The notes below the pieces were generated by a model. That model was given only the letters and a program-made list of their open reading frames with translations, did no database searches and was not told the DNA's origin. A stretch of 64,000 nt of DNA from Felis catus (lineage: Eukaryota), in contig NC_058368.1 in NCBI RefSeq assembly GCF_018350175.1, positions 89,530,001 to 89,594,000 of the forward strand, read 5' to 3'. Both the position numbers and the translations under genes were made by a program. Below are positions 51,097 through 62,807 of this stretch, in pieces. How positions within the stretch are numbered: the first letter of the stretch is position 1; each line of letters opens with the position of its first letter.

Positions 51097-53730
51097 ATGG
51101 CATCATGGAGACCTCCAGGATATCTTCCAATGAACCAACACTTCCAGAGAATGACTCTGAGTGAGCAGCCACTGGCCCCCTTTTTTCAAGATGGAAGAAG
51201 CCTCTTCATGGACTCCTCATCCTGAAGCCACTCCACAAATGCAAGTCCTTGCCCCTGATATAACATATAACATGGGGAATCCTTAAATGCATGTCTAACC
51301 AAGCTGACATCCTCTTACAACACAACGATATTGCATATACCCCTAATTCACATATGATGGCCATGATTTCTGTCATTAACAAAAATTCAATATGTGTAAG
51401 CCTGATTCTACTCCTTTCCTCTCATTTGTCCAGGCCAAGCTCAATATTCATATTGGGTTCATCTCCTTAACCCACCTATACTTGATAGCTTAACACTCCT
51501 AGCCTGAGATATTCCTATTAGCAATAATGACAAAGTTCATGGAAGGAGCCAATCTTAACCCGCCCTTCCAAACTGAACAAGAGCATTGACTTTATATGCC
51601 AAGACCTCAATGGTGGCTTACTTCAGCACCTCCTATGTGTGTTACTAAACTCAACAACTTTTCTGCTTGCCTCAAACTAAAAATCAGCTAGCTTTTGCAT
51701 GTACAGCCCATAACTTCTACAAGGCCAGAAAATTTTCCCTTTTTCTCAGCCATAAGCTTGATATACCTCAAAAAAACAAGCATATTTCATACTCCTAATG
51801 TTATAGCTTGCTCTAGTCTCAAATATTCAGACCACCCCTGGAATAATATTCCTTGGACAACCTGTTATGGAGAGACTGAGCATAATCTTCACTGGGGTAA
51901 TTGGACTATTATTGACAGGGGTCCTAGAGGACATCTTGAAACAAAATATTCAATAAGACCATATCCTTTGGCCAGCCTAGTAGGGAGGATAATTCTTGGA
52001 AAAACGGAGCCTTGTCTGGCCCTATAATTTCTGCACATAAGGGGAAATTAAAAGGACCTTGGCTTGAAAAAAAAAAAAAAAAAGCCTTGGCTTGTTAATC
52101 TTTAGAAGCTAGGTCTTCCCTTCTTTATTTGTACTATTAGCCACAGAGAAATTTATGTAAAACAACATGCTAACCTAACTTGGGCCTCCCTGTACAATAA
52201 CCAATTTACACGGACCACTATTTGTGTCCTTTCTCTCTACATTCTCTTTGCTACCTCCACCTTACAGAGCCAACAACTAGAAAATAATTTAATATCTCTA
52301 CCTCCCAAGGCTGGTTTATGTCCTGCATAAGTAATGATAACAAAAAATTAAAAATAGACCTACCCTATGACCCAGCAATAGCACTGCTAGGAATTTACCC
52401 AAGGGATACAGGAATGCTGATGCATAGGGGCACTTGTACCCCAATGTTTATAGCAGTACTCTCAACAATAGCCAAATTATGGAAAGAGCCTAAATGTCCA
52501 TCAACTGATGAATGGATAAAGAAATTGTGGTTTATATACACAATGGAATACTACGTGGCAATGAGAAAGAATGAAATATGGCCCTTTGTAGCAACGTGGA
52601 TGGAACTGGAGAGTGTTATGTTAAGTGAAATAAGTCATACAGAGAAAGACAGATACCATATGTTTTCACTCTTATGTGGATCCTGAGAAACTTAACAGAA
52701 GACCATGGGGGAGGGGAAGGGGGGAAAAAAAAAGAGGTTAGAGAGGGAGAGAGCCAAAGCATAAGAGACTATTAAAGACTGAGAACAAACTGAGGGTTGA
52801 TAGGGGGTGGGAGGGAGGGGAAGGGTGGGTGATGGGTATTGAGGAGGGCACCTTTTGGGATGAGCACTGGGTGTTGTATGGAAACCAATTTGACAATAAA
52901 TTTCATTTTAAAAAATTTTTAAAAAGTAATGATAACATCACCCAATTAAATATCTCCTCTTATTAGTACTTACTGCATCTCAACCTGGGTTCCTGTTAAT
53001 AGCACTGTACCGTATATACATCCATCAGGACTAGGTGCACTTTCCAAGCTTATTCGACACTGGCACTCTGCTGAAGGAAAAAAAAGATTTTTTGGCCTGT
53101 TAATCATGGGCATCCTCGCAGCAGTAGGTGTTATCACCTCTGCCACTGTAACTGCAGTCAATCTGCATCATACTATCCAAACGTTCCATGTCCTTAATAA
53201 ATTTATAGCCAACACTACCAAAGAATTTATAAGCCAAACTTCCATTGACAAACAAGCTTTGGCCCACCTCAAAGCTCTTGAGGCTGCAATGGAATTTATT
53301 GGGAAAAGACAAGAGTACTTGTTCCTCCACTCTAAACTGCCCTGTGACTCTACCAGCATATCTGCATGACTGGCATTCCTTCTAATCACTCCCAAGCTTT
53401 GGATGCTGTCCAGACACACCTTCGCAGTGTCCTGTCTTCCTATCTCTCTGACAATATAAAAGATTTAGATATGACTTTGCGCTAACAGCTACAATATGCA
53501 GAGGATCAGCTTAAAAATGAATGGGCTGATGCCTGGGAAATGTGGCGCGACCTAAATCCTTTCTCACTTATGGCTAGCACCCATCTCAAATTCTGGATAA
53601 CTTTGGGAAGCAGAATGCTTTTACTGTGTCTCTTTTTATGTCTTTGCAGAATCACCCTCCAAGCCAACTAAAAGCAAAAGAAGGACCAGGAGCTCATCAT
53701 GACAGTCCTCAAACACGAAACTAAAAAAAA
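51097..53730 (+). pseudogene. env: ERV env remnant (beta-type), interrupted by an L1 fragment
   Basis: Signal peptide with QRMTLSE and TWGILK; SU start YWVHLLNPP; WVPVN...GKKR/FFGLLIMGILAAVGVITSATV fusion peptide; SQTSIDKQ heptad; LPCD...C loop; DLNPF; hydrophobic anchor. Multiple stops and frameshifts. Confidence 0.9.
52343..52923 (+). mobile_element. 5'-truncated young L1_Fc 3' end inserted in env
   Basis: [19 protein letters not shown]...SLLCGS* plus 3'UTR; 14-bp TSD aagtaatgataaca (52329-52342, 52924-52937). Confidence 0.95.
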
Positions 53731-53789
53731 CAAAAACAAACAAACAAAAAAAAAAAACAAACAAAGAAAGAAAAACAAAAAGGGGGAAC

Positions 53790-54597
53790 TGTGGGGAATC
53801 AGCTTACAAACTCCCTGGGCTTACACCAATGGGTTAGCAAGGCATAAAGAATTGAAAGCCATAGGATGCTCACACCCAAGTTTGGGTAATCAAGACAAGG
53901 CAACCAAGAATAGGGAGGTGAAAGGCACCCCAGAACAGAAAGGGGGTGCAGAGCCCCCAGAATAGAGAGGGAGGGGCAAAGGCCCAAAAATAGGACGGTG
54001 CAAAGGCACCAATACAGAACATAGGTATATGAAATAAGCAAGATTAGATATTCAGGATGGAAGCACCCCCCAATTTAGTACTATAGCAGAAAGCTGCTTT
54101 CACAGGAAGAAAGGACCAAGAGAGGTAAACAGGTAAATTGGGCTACGGACCGCTGCACTGCAGGTGAAGTAGCCCAGAGCAGAAATGATTAATGAAAGAA
54201 AAGGTGCCTTGTTAACTCTGAGGCTATTTCCCCTACCTGTCTCATCCCCTAGACTAGCTAAGATGAACAGAGGTAGTGCCTTATGTCTCTGTAAACAACC
54301 TTCCACCAGACTGCCCGGCATTAGGTATTTGTTTTGTATTAACCCAAACCCCTAACTCTGAATATCTTCAAGACCCCCTTTCCCTCACATCCTCAAGTTA
54401 ATGTTCACAGATTCATTGTCTCTTTGTTCACAGCCATCACCATGTTTGTAAGCCTTCTGATCCTAATAAAAAAAGGGGCAAGGACTCTTATTCGGGGCTC
54501 TTGTCTTTTCCCAGACATTAGCCATCTCTCATGTTCTCATCCTGCATCCTGCTCTCTTGCTAGACAAGAGAGAACTTTAGACCCAGAGTCTACGACA
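53790..54597 (+). mobile_element. ERV 3' LTR (about 808 bp)
   Basis: Preceded by polypurine tract aaaaagggggaac; starts TGTGGGGA and ends TCTACGACA; AATAAA at 54465-54470; last 21 nt match the remnant at 47281-47301. Confidence 0.9.
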
Positions 54598-55699
54598 GAT
54601 TTTTCGTTTTTAGTATATAGAAACACAACTACTTTTTGAGTGTACTGTATCCTGAAACTTTGTTGAATTTGTTCATTAGTTGTAAGAGTTTATTAGTGGA
54701 TTCTTTAGGGCTTTCAACATACAAGATCGTGGCATCTGCAAAGATCATTTTACTTATTTCTTTCCAATTTCCTTTTATTTTTTCTTGTCTGATAGTTCTG
54801 GCTAGGATTTCCAGTACTATGTTGAACAGAAGTGGCAAGAGTGGGCACCATTGCCTGTTCTTAGAATAGTTCTCACTCCTCACCATTTATATGATGTCAG
54901 CTGTGGACTTTTCATACAAGGCCTTCATTATGTTGACAGTGTCCTATTCTTAGTTTGTTGAGTGTTTTTATCATGAAAGGGTGAATTTTGTCAAGTTTTT
55001 TTCTGCATCAACTGAGATAATGTAGTTTTTGGCTTCTCTAAATTAATGTGGTATATTTACATTGATTTATTTTTGTATGTAGAACCATGCTTATGTCCCA
55101 GGAATAAATTCCACTTTGTCATGGTGTAAAATCCTTTAAATGTGCTATTGGATTCAGTTTGGTAAGAATTTTGTTGACGTTTTTGCATTACAATTCATCC
55201 AGGACATCAATCCATATTTCCTTTTCTTATACTGTCTTTGTCTGGCTTTCATATCAGGGTACTGATGGCCTCATAAAATAATTTTAGGACTGTTCCCTAC
55301 TCTTCAATTTTTAGTAAGATTTTGCAAATCAGTTTAATTCTTCTTCAACTGTTGGGTAGAATCCTCCTAGAAGCCATCTGGTACTAGGCTTTTCTTTGTT
55401 GGGTTGATTACTGATTCAATCTCCTTACTTGTTATAAATTTGTTCAAATATTTTTATTTCTTAATGAATCAATATTTGTGGGTTGTTACTAGAAATTTAT
55501 CCATTCTTCAAGTTATCCAATTTGTTGGCATATGATTGTTTATAGTATTCAAATTATTTTTTATTTCTATGGCATCAGTTTTAATGTCCCCTTCCCACCT
55601 TCTATTTCTGATTTTTTTATTTGAGGCTTACCTCTTTTTTTCTTAATCTCGATAAAGGTTTGTCAGTTTTGTTTATATATTCAAAAAACTCTAAGTTAT

Positions 55700-58600
55700 G
55701 AGGAGGGAATAAGATGGCAGTGTGGTAGGGGGTCCTTGGGCTAATCTCGAACACAGCTAGATCAACATGAAATCATTTTAACACCTAGGAAATAAATCTG
55801 AGGATTAAGAGAACAATATGCAAAATTTGAGGGGATAGAACATGGCAGGTTCATGGTGTGGGGAAGGGATCTGGGGGTGAAAAAAGCCATGGTGGTGCAG
55901 AGGAGTGGGAACCCTTTTTGCAGAGAAGAGAGAGGTGGGGGAAGAGAGAGCAGCATGTCAGGTTTGTCAAGAAAAACACTCCCCACAACCATCGACAGGA
56001 ATCATGAGGAACTGAATATCACAAGTTTTGGCAAACAGTGGGGCTGAAATTCTGAGTTTTTGGAAGTCTGCTGGAGTAGATCCACAAGGACAGCGGTGCT
56101 CCTGGGGAGGAGGGGAAGCCTGGGAGTGGATTGGGGACAGTGTGATGTGGATATCCCCTGGGTCACACTCGGAGAGAAAGTTCCCCTTCCCTGAGTGCAT
56201 TTGGAAGAGGGTACATAGCCTCTCCAAGGACAAAAGACCCGGGTGGCACTTTTGAGTGGCTGTTCAACAACAGGGAACAAAGGCATGTACAGAGGGCTGA
56301 TAAAGTGGTCACACAGCTTTTCACTGTGCTCACCATAAATTCCAGGCACCTATGTGGCTGTGAGATGCATTTCCTGGGACAGAATAGCCTAGAATAGCAC
56401 TAAGCCTAGAATAGCACTAGGCTTGGTGCTGCAAGACTCTCCTCCAGAGGTGGGGAGCAGGTCCTCACCTTGCCAAGTCCTTTAATACTTGGAATTTTGA
56501 ATCCCCGTCACATGCTAGTGACAAAATACAAGAGAGCTGAGGCTCCAGGTGTGTCAATGTCCTGGGCACAGAAGGGTTAATTAAGGACAGGGATCTGACA
56601 GAAGTCTGGAACACAGGAGAAAAGACTGTCCACCTGTCTGTGAGGGGTACCTGAACAGTGGTGGGTGCCAGTTCCCCCACCCAGAATGGGACAGCATGGT
56701 GACACCACCTTCTCCTGCTCACCAGAATGGATGGACTTCAGTGAGTAACAGAGTGCCCACCCATCCAGGCTGGAGCTGCTTACACCAAGCTCCACCCCAC
56801 TGAACTCTACAGGATCATCTTTATAAGAGTAGGTCTGACTATGAGCCAGCACAGCAGGCCTATCCCCCAGCATACCAACAAAGAGCCGTCCTCATGCACC
56901 AAGTCTACTGATCATAGAGTGCTCCAAAGTGTAAGCTTCAGTTCTTCAGTTCTGGTGGAAATAGGACCAGGCTTATTATTTTTTTTAATCAGATTTACAG
57001 TTTCTTTGTTCATTTGTTTTTTTATTTCATTTTCTCGTTTTTTGCAACAGGCTTCTTTTTCTCCCCTTCCCTGTTTCTTCTTCTTTTTTGTGCTCTTTTT
57101 CTTTGGAATTAGGTGCATAGTTTTTGTTTGTATATTTGGGGTTTTTTTTGTTGTTGTTTCTTCACCTTTTCTTTCTTGGATAAGGCTTTTTTTTTTTTTA
57201 ATCAGGCTTATTTTAACAAATAAATCAAACCACACCTAAAGATCCAAACACTCCTCACTGTATGCAAGGAGGAACTCTGTAGAGTACTGACTGGGGCAAA
57301 GAGCAGCCAAATCACAGGACAGAGTGCACACAGCATACACTAGAAAACTCTGAGGTGCCAGGCCCTTGATGGTGTATGATTCCTTCTTCATATGGCATTA
57401 CACTCAGGGGCAGGAAACATAACAAGCTTTCATAACACGCAAAATACAGGCACCTAGACAAAATGACAAGACAGAGGAATTCTACACCAAGGAAAGATCA
57501 AGAAGAAACCACAGCCAGGGATTTGCTCAAAACAGATATAAGTAATATATCTCAACAAGAATTTAGAATAATAGTCATAAGAATACTAGCTGGGCTTGAA
57601 AGAAACATAGAAGACTCCAAGGAAATCCTTGTTGCAGAGATAAAAGACCTAAAAACTAGTCAAACTGAAATAAAAAATTCTATAACTGAATGTATAAAAT
57701 ATAAAAACTGGATGTAATCACAATAAGGATGGAAGAAGTATGAGGGTTGAATAGGTGATATTGAAAATAAAACTATAAAAAATAATGAAGCTGAAAAGGA
57801 GAGGAAAATAAAACTATTAGATCATGAATACAGACGTAGATAAATCAGCGATTCTATGAAGCACAGTAATATCTGTATCATAGTAGTCCCAAAAGAAGAG
57901 TGGGGAAAAGGAACAGAAGCTTTCTTTGAACAAATTATAACTGAGAACTTCCCTAATCTGAGGAAGTAAACAGGCATTCAGTCTGAGAGGCACGGAGAAC
58001 TCCCCTCAAAATCAACAAAAACAGGTCAACACCAAAACATATCATAGTGAAACTTGCAAAATACAAATTTAAAAAGAGAGTTCTGAAAGCACCTACGGAT
58101 GAAAGGCCCTTAACCTACAATGGTAGATACATAAGGTTAGCAGTAGACCTGTCCACAGACTTTGGCAGGCCAAAAGGGAGTGTCATGATATATTTAACAG
58201 GCTAAATGGGAAAAACATGCAGCCAAAAATTCTTTATCCAGCGAGGCTGTCATTCAGAATAGAAAGAGAGATAGAGTTTCCAAGACAAGCAAAAACCAAA
58301 TGAGTTCATGAACACTAAACCAGCTCCACAAGAAACAGTGAGAACAAAAGAGAGACCAAAAGCAACAAAGACTAGAAAAGAACAAAAACAATCTAAAAGA
58401 ATTCAACTTTACAGATAATACAATGGCACTAAATTCATATCTGTCAATAATTATTCTGAATGTAAATAGACTAACTGCTCCAATCAAAAGACATCGGGTA
58501 TCATAATGGATAAAAAAAAAAAAAAGATCCATTTATATCCTGCTTACAAGAGCTGATTTTAGACCCAAAGACACCCCCAGGTTGAAAGTGGGGGGATGGA

Positions 58601-60030
58601 GAACTATCTATCATGCTAATGGACATCAAAAGAAAGCTGGAGTAGCCATACATATATCAGACAAACCAGATTTTAAAACAAAGATTGTAATAAGAGATGA
58701 AGAAGAGCACTATATCATAATAGTAGGGGACATTAACACCCCACTTACAACAATGGACAGATCACTTAAGCAGAAAATCAACAAGGAAACAATGGCTTTG
58801 AATGACACAATGGATCAGATTGACTTGACATGTATATTCAGAGCATTTCAACCTAAAGCAGCAGAATACACATTCTTCTTGAGTGCACATGGAACATTCT
58901 CCAGAATAGATCACATACTGGGTCACAAATGAAGCCTCAACCAGTAGAAAAATATTGCAATGATACCATGCATATTTTCAGACCACAACACTATGAAACT
59001 TGAAGTCAATCACAAGAAGGAATTTGGAGGGATCACCAATGCATGGAGATTAAACAACATCTTACTAAAGAATGAATGGGCTAAACAGGAAATTGAAGAA
59101 GAAATTTAAAAATACACAGAAGCTGATGAAAATAAAAGCAGAACAGTCCAAAACCTTTGGTATGCAGCAAAGGCAGTCATAAGAGGAAAGTATATAGTAA
59201 TTCAGGCCTTCCTAAAGATGGAAGAAAAGTCTCCAATACACAACCTAACCTGACACCTAAACAAGCTGGACAAAGAACAGCAAATAAAGCCAAAACCAGT
59301 AGATGAATGAAGATAATAAAGATTAGAGCAGAAACAAATGATGTCGAAATAAAAAAAAAATCCAGAACAGATTAACAAGTCTAGGAGCTGGTTCTTTGAA
59401 GGAATTAACAAAATTGATAAACCCCTAGCTAGAATTATCAAAAAGAAAAAGGAAAAGACCCAAATAGAAAAAATCACAAATGAAAAAGGAGAGATCACAA
59501 CCAACACCACAGAATTACAATTATAGGAAACTATTATGAGCAATTATATGCCAACAAATTGGGCAACCTGGAAGAAATGAATAAATTCCTAGAAACCTAT
59601 AACTACCAAAACTGAAACAGGAAGAAACAGAAAAGTTAGAGAGACCCACAACCAGTAAAGAATCAGTAATCAAAATTCTCCCAACAAACAAGAGTCCAGA
59701 GCTAGATGGCTTCCCAGGGGAATGCTACTAAATATTTGAAGAAGAATTAATAGTTATTCTTTTGAAATGTGTTCCAAAAACAAACAAACAAACAAACAAA
59801 CAAAAGAAGAAGAAGAAATGAAAGGAAAACTCCAAACTCATTCTGCAAGGCCAGCATTACCTTGATTCCAAAACCAAAGACCCCACTAAAAAGGAGATTG
59901 CAGACCAATTTCCCACTAAAAAGGAGATTGCAGACCAATTCTCAACAAGATACTAGCAAATTGAATTCAACAGTACATTAAAAGAATTAGTCACCACAAT
60001 TAAGTGGGATTTATTTCTTGGATGCAGGGG
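55700..60030 (+). mobile_element. LINE-1 with 5' end, ORF1 (from 57463) and ORF2, truncated at the start of RT
   Basis: gaggagggaataagatggc start; MTRQRNST ORF1; WRTIYHANGHQKKAGVAI and FSRIDHILGHK; breaks at gtgggatttatttcttggatgcagggg. Confidence 0.9.
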
Positions 60031-60115
60031 TGCACAACTCTGTGAATATACTGAAAATATTGTACACTTTAAAAGGGTGACTTTTATGGTATATGAATTA
60101 CATCTCAATAAAGTT
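60031..60115 (+). mobile_element. Ancient L1M 3' terminus
   Basis: tgcacaactctgtgaatatact...tgtacactttaaaagggtga...gaattacatctcaataaag. Confidence 0.75.
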
Positions 60116-60154
60116 TTTTTTTTTTAAATCACACCCCCTTTAAAAAAAAGTATA

Positions 60155-60822
60155 CGAAAAATCAGACTTCATCATACTCTAGCTTTCCAGTTTCATGGAT
60201 TCTGGTAGAAGACCCCAGACTCCAGGGCCATAGAAAAGAGATTTTATTACTCATGACACAACAGACAACATGAGCTTCCTGCTCATGGTTCCCCCTATGC
60301 CCCAAGTGACATGGAGGATGGGATCAGGTGGATAGGTCACAATGGGTTTGTGTCACAGCTGAGAATCTCCAAGCCTAGAAAATCCCCAATCTTTTTACAG
60401 GGGCTACAAGCAAACCTACCCACACTTTGTCCTGGAGAAAGATATTCTCTATTATCCTGGAAACCAAACAAATCTTCTTTCTGCTCCAGAGGAAGACACT
60501 GCAAAGCTGCTTGTTTTTTTGTTGTTTTTATTTTTTTTAACGTTTATTTATTTTTGAGAGAGAGAAACAGAGTGTGAGCAGGGGAGGGGCAGAGAGAGAG
60601 GGAGACACAGAAACCAAAGCAGCCTCCAGGTTCTGAGCTGTCAGCACAGAGCCCAATGCAGGCCTCAAACCCACGTACTGTCAGATGATGACCTGAGCCC
60701 AAGTTGGATGCTTAACCAACTGAGCCACGCAGGCACCTCTGCGGAAGCTGCTTGTTAAACAAACCTTGAAAAGCTCATCCAAATGGAAAGACAAGAGCCT
60801 CCAGGAGACCTGTCTCCCACAC
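60155..60822 (-). mobile_element. ERVL LTR (MER76/MER77-like) with a CanSINE at 60510-60740
   Basis: Minus strand begins tgtgggagacagg and contains gagtaataaa...gtcttctaccagaatccatgaaactg; SINE TSD aagctgcttgtt. Confidence 0.6.
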
Positions 60823-61199
60823 CTGGAACTCTCTTCCATGTCTCTGCATTATTGGGTTCTATAACAAATATACAAATGTGACTCTGGACTCATTTTTCTC
60901 AGGAGTTCAATTTCTTGGAGGAAACAAAGGCTGAGTTTGAGTCCTCTATGCTAGTCCTGATGTCCTCTGTCCTCACAGACAAATAAATGAATTGTACACT
61001 TACAGTTCTATAAAGAACTCATGTTGTAACAAATGACCCAGAGAGAAAAATCAGACCACAGTTTGACTATCTCCTTGACAAGAAAAACCCCATTTTTCTA
61101 CTACTTCCCATGCCATGTTCACATCCACAGGGCATGTAGAGGGCCAGGAAACTGATACTGAAGCATCTCTATCCTGCAGTGGGGGTAGTGATGACCAAA

Positions 61200-62807
61200 T
61201 TGTCCTCTGTATATCCTAAGATGTGACTGCTAAATAAAGCCCCATCCATCCACAGTGCATGCAGACTGTTTCTCCCCTGAGCACATTCTATGTATGACAA
61301 AGACTTGCTTCCACCTAGAAAAATTTTTTTTTAATTTTTTTAATGTTTATTTTTGAGGGAGAGAGACAGAGTGCAAATGGGAGAGGGGCAGAGAGAGAGG
61401 GACACAAAATCTGAAGCAGGCTCCAAGCTGTCAGCACCAAACCCGATGCAGGGCTTAAACTCAAGAACTATGAGGTCATGACCTGAGCCGAAGTCGGATG
61501 CTTAACCAACTGAGCCACCCAGGCGCCCTAACACTTGCTTCCATCTAAAGCCTCCGCAACACTCCCACTAGTGTTTCCTCTGAAGTGTGACGAGATTTGA
61601 CTTCAGGCTGAAGCCTCACCCACACTTCTTAGACACCAAGGGCTTCTCTCCTAAGTGTCTGCTGGTGTCTGAAAGGGCCACCTTTCAGCTAAAACTTTTC
61701 ACTCATTCCCTACACACAAAGGGCCACTGCTCTTTCCCCGAGTGTGTTGTCTGGTGTCTGAAGAGATCTTCCCCCTTTAGAGCTGAAGCCCACATACCCT
61801 GCACACAAAGCGTTTCTCTCCCAAGTGTGTTCCCTGAGGTCTGACCAGGGCTGACTTACAGCTGAAGCCACACCCACACTCCGTGCACAGAAGGCACAAC
61901 ACAGCCACATGTGTGTACTGGTGCCTGAGGACCCCGAACCTCAGCCAGAAGCCCTGTCCATACTCCCTGCACAGAAAGGACTTCTGCTTCAAGTGTACTC
62001 TGTGGTGTTTCACAAGGATCGACAGCTGTCTAAAGCCATGCTCACACCTCTACACACAGAAGACTTCTACCCTGAATGCATCCTTGGATGTGCTATGAGG
62101 GTCAACTTCTCAGTAAAAATCCATCTATACTCACAGCACAGAAAACACTTCTCCCCTAAGTGTGACCTCTGATTTCTGCAAAGATTTGACTTCCAACTGC
62201 AGCTTCACCCACACTCAAGGCACACGCAGGGCCGCTCCCTCACATGCATCCCCTGGGGTCTCCAGAGGGATGACTCGTTGCCAAAGCCTGCCCATAAGGG
62301 CTTCTCCTCTGAGTGTGCCCCATACAAGGGAGGTTTAACTGCTGGCTAAGATCCCTTTCACACTCTGCCCAACTGACTGGTCCACATCCTGAAAAGTCTA
62401 CCCCCTTCAGCCCTCTGTCTCCTCAGGGATTGCCCTCTTTACCAGGCTGGGCTCTGTGCCTGCCACTCTGCTTATCTAGTTCCTTCCCTAAGGTGTAGAG
62501 GCTACCCCAGGGCTGGGCTGCAAAGTGCTGCTAGGACCCTCTGCTTTTACTTGTCCTCCATAACAAGGACTCGGTGTCTTCTGTCTCATGTGCTTCTGCT
62601 TGGCCACTCTAGCGGGTTTGTGCAGAAAGTTGTTGTTCTTGTGCCTTTGGATCCTCTTGGCAAATATCCCCTGGCTGAAGGTGGTTTCCTGCACCCAAGA
62701 CTGGGACGATCCTAGGGGGATGGCTGAGCCAAACATTTTGGCTGAGGAAAGGTTGACTGCAGAAAGCCAGAGGGCAATCAACAAAAAAATGGATTTCTGG
62801 CTTGGTT
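61200..62807 (-). pseudogene. Decayed terminal C2H2 zinc-finger exon of a PRDM9/ZNF133/HKR1(ZNF875)/ZNF169-related gene
   Basis: Acceptor ttctcttgagcag at 62808-62820, then KPEIHFFVDCPLAFCSQPFLSQNVWLSHPP...; roughly ten broken fingers (e.g. CTECGCGFSCKSALVRPQGTHLGEKRFVCRVCG); many stops and frameshifts; SINE insertion. Confidence 0.85.
61323..61528 (-). mobile_element. CanSINE inserted in the zinc-finger array
   Basis: TSD acttgcttcca(c/t)cta starting at 61303 and 61533. Confidence 0.9.

Larger units (their letters stand above)
47280..54597 (+). mobile_element. Defective class II (betaretrovirus-like) endogenous retrovirus
   Basis: LTR end, PBS, gag, integrase fragment, env, polypurine tract and 3' LTR in canonical order; apparent 6-bp TSD gatttt (47274-47279, 54598-54603). 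Confidence 0.92.
47161..55695 (-). mobile_element. Older antisense L1 ORF2 fragment that hosts the ERV (L1 parts 47161-47279 and 54598-55695)
   Basis: L1 ORF2 sequence is continuous across the ERV (...aatttactttctg gatttt | ERV | gatttt tcgtttttagtatatagaaac); ORF 54629-54886 contains [16 protein letters not shown]. Confidence 0.85.

Noticed and set aside
53106..53369. Co-opted syncytin-like env gene
   Set aside because: Only an 87-aa open stretch; env has stops, frameshifts, an L1 insertion and an altered cleavage site.
61200..62807. Functional PRDM9 or a true PRDM9 ortholog
   Set aside because: The fingers are heterogeneous and broken rather than a homogenised 84-bp array, no SET exon is in the window, and the leader is at least as similar to HKR1/ZNF133 by recall.
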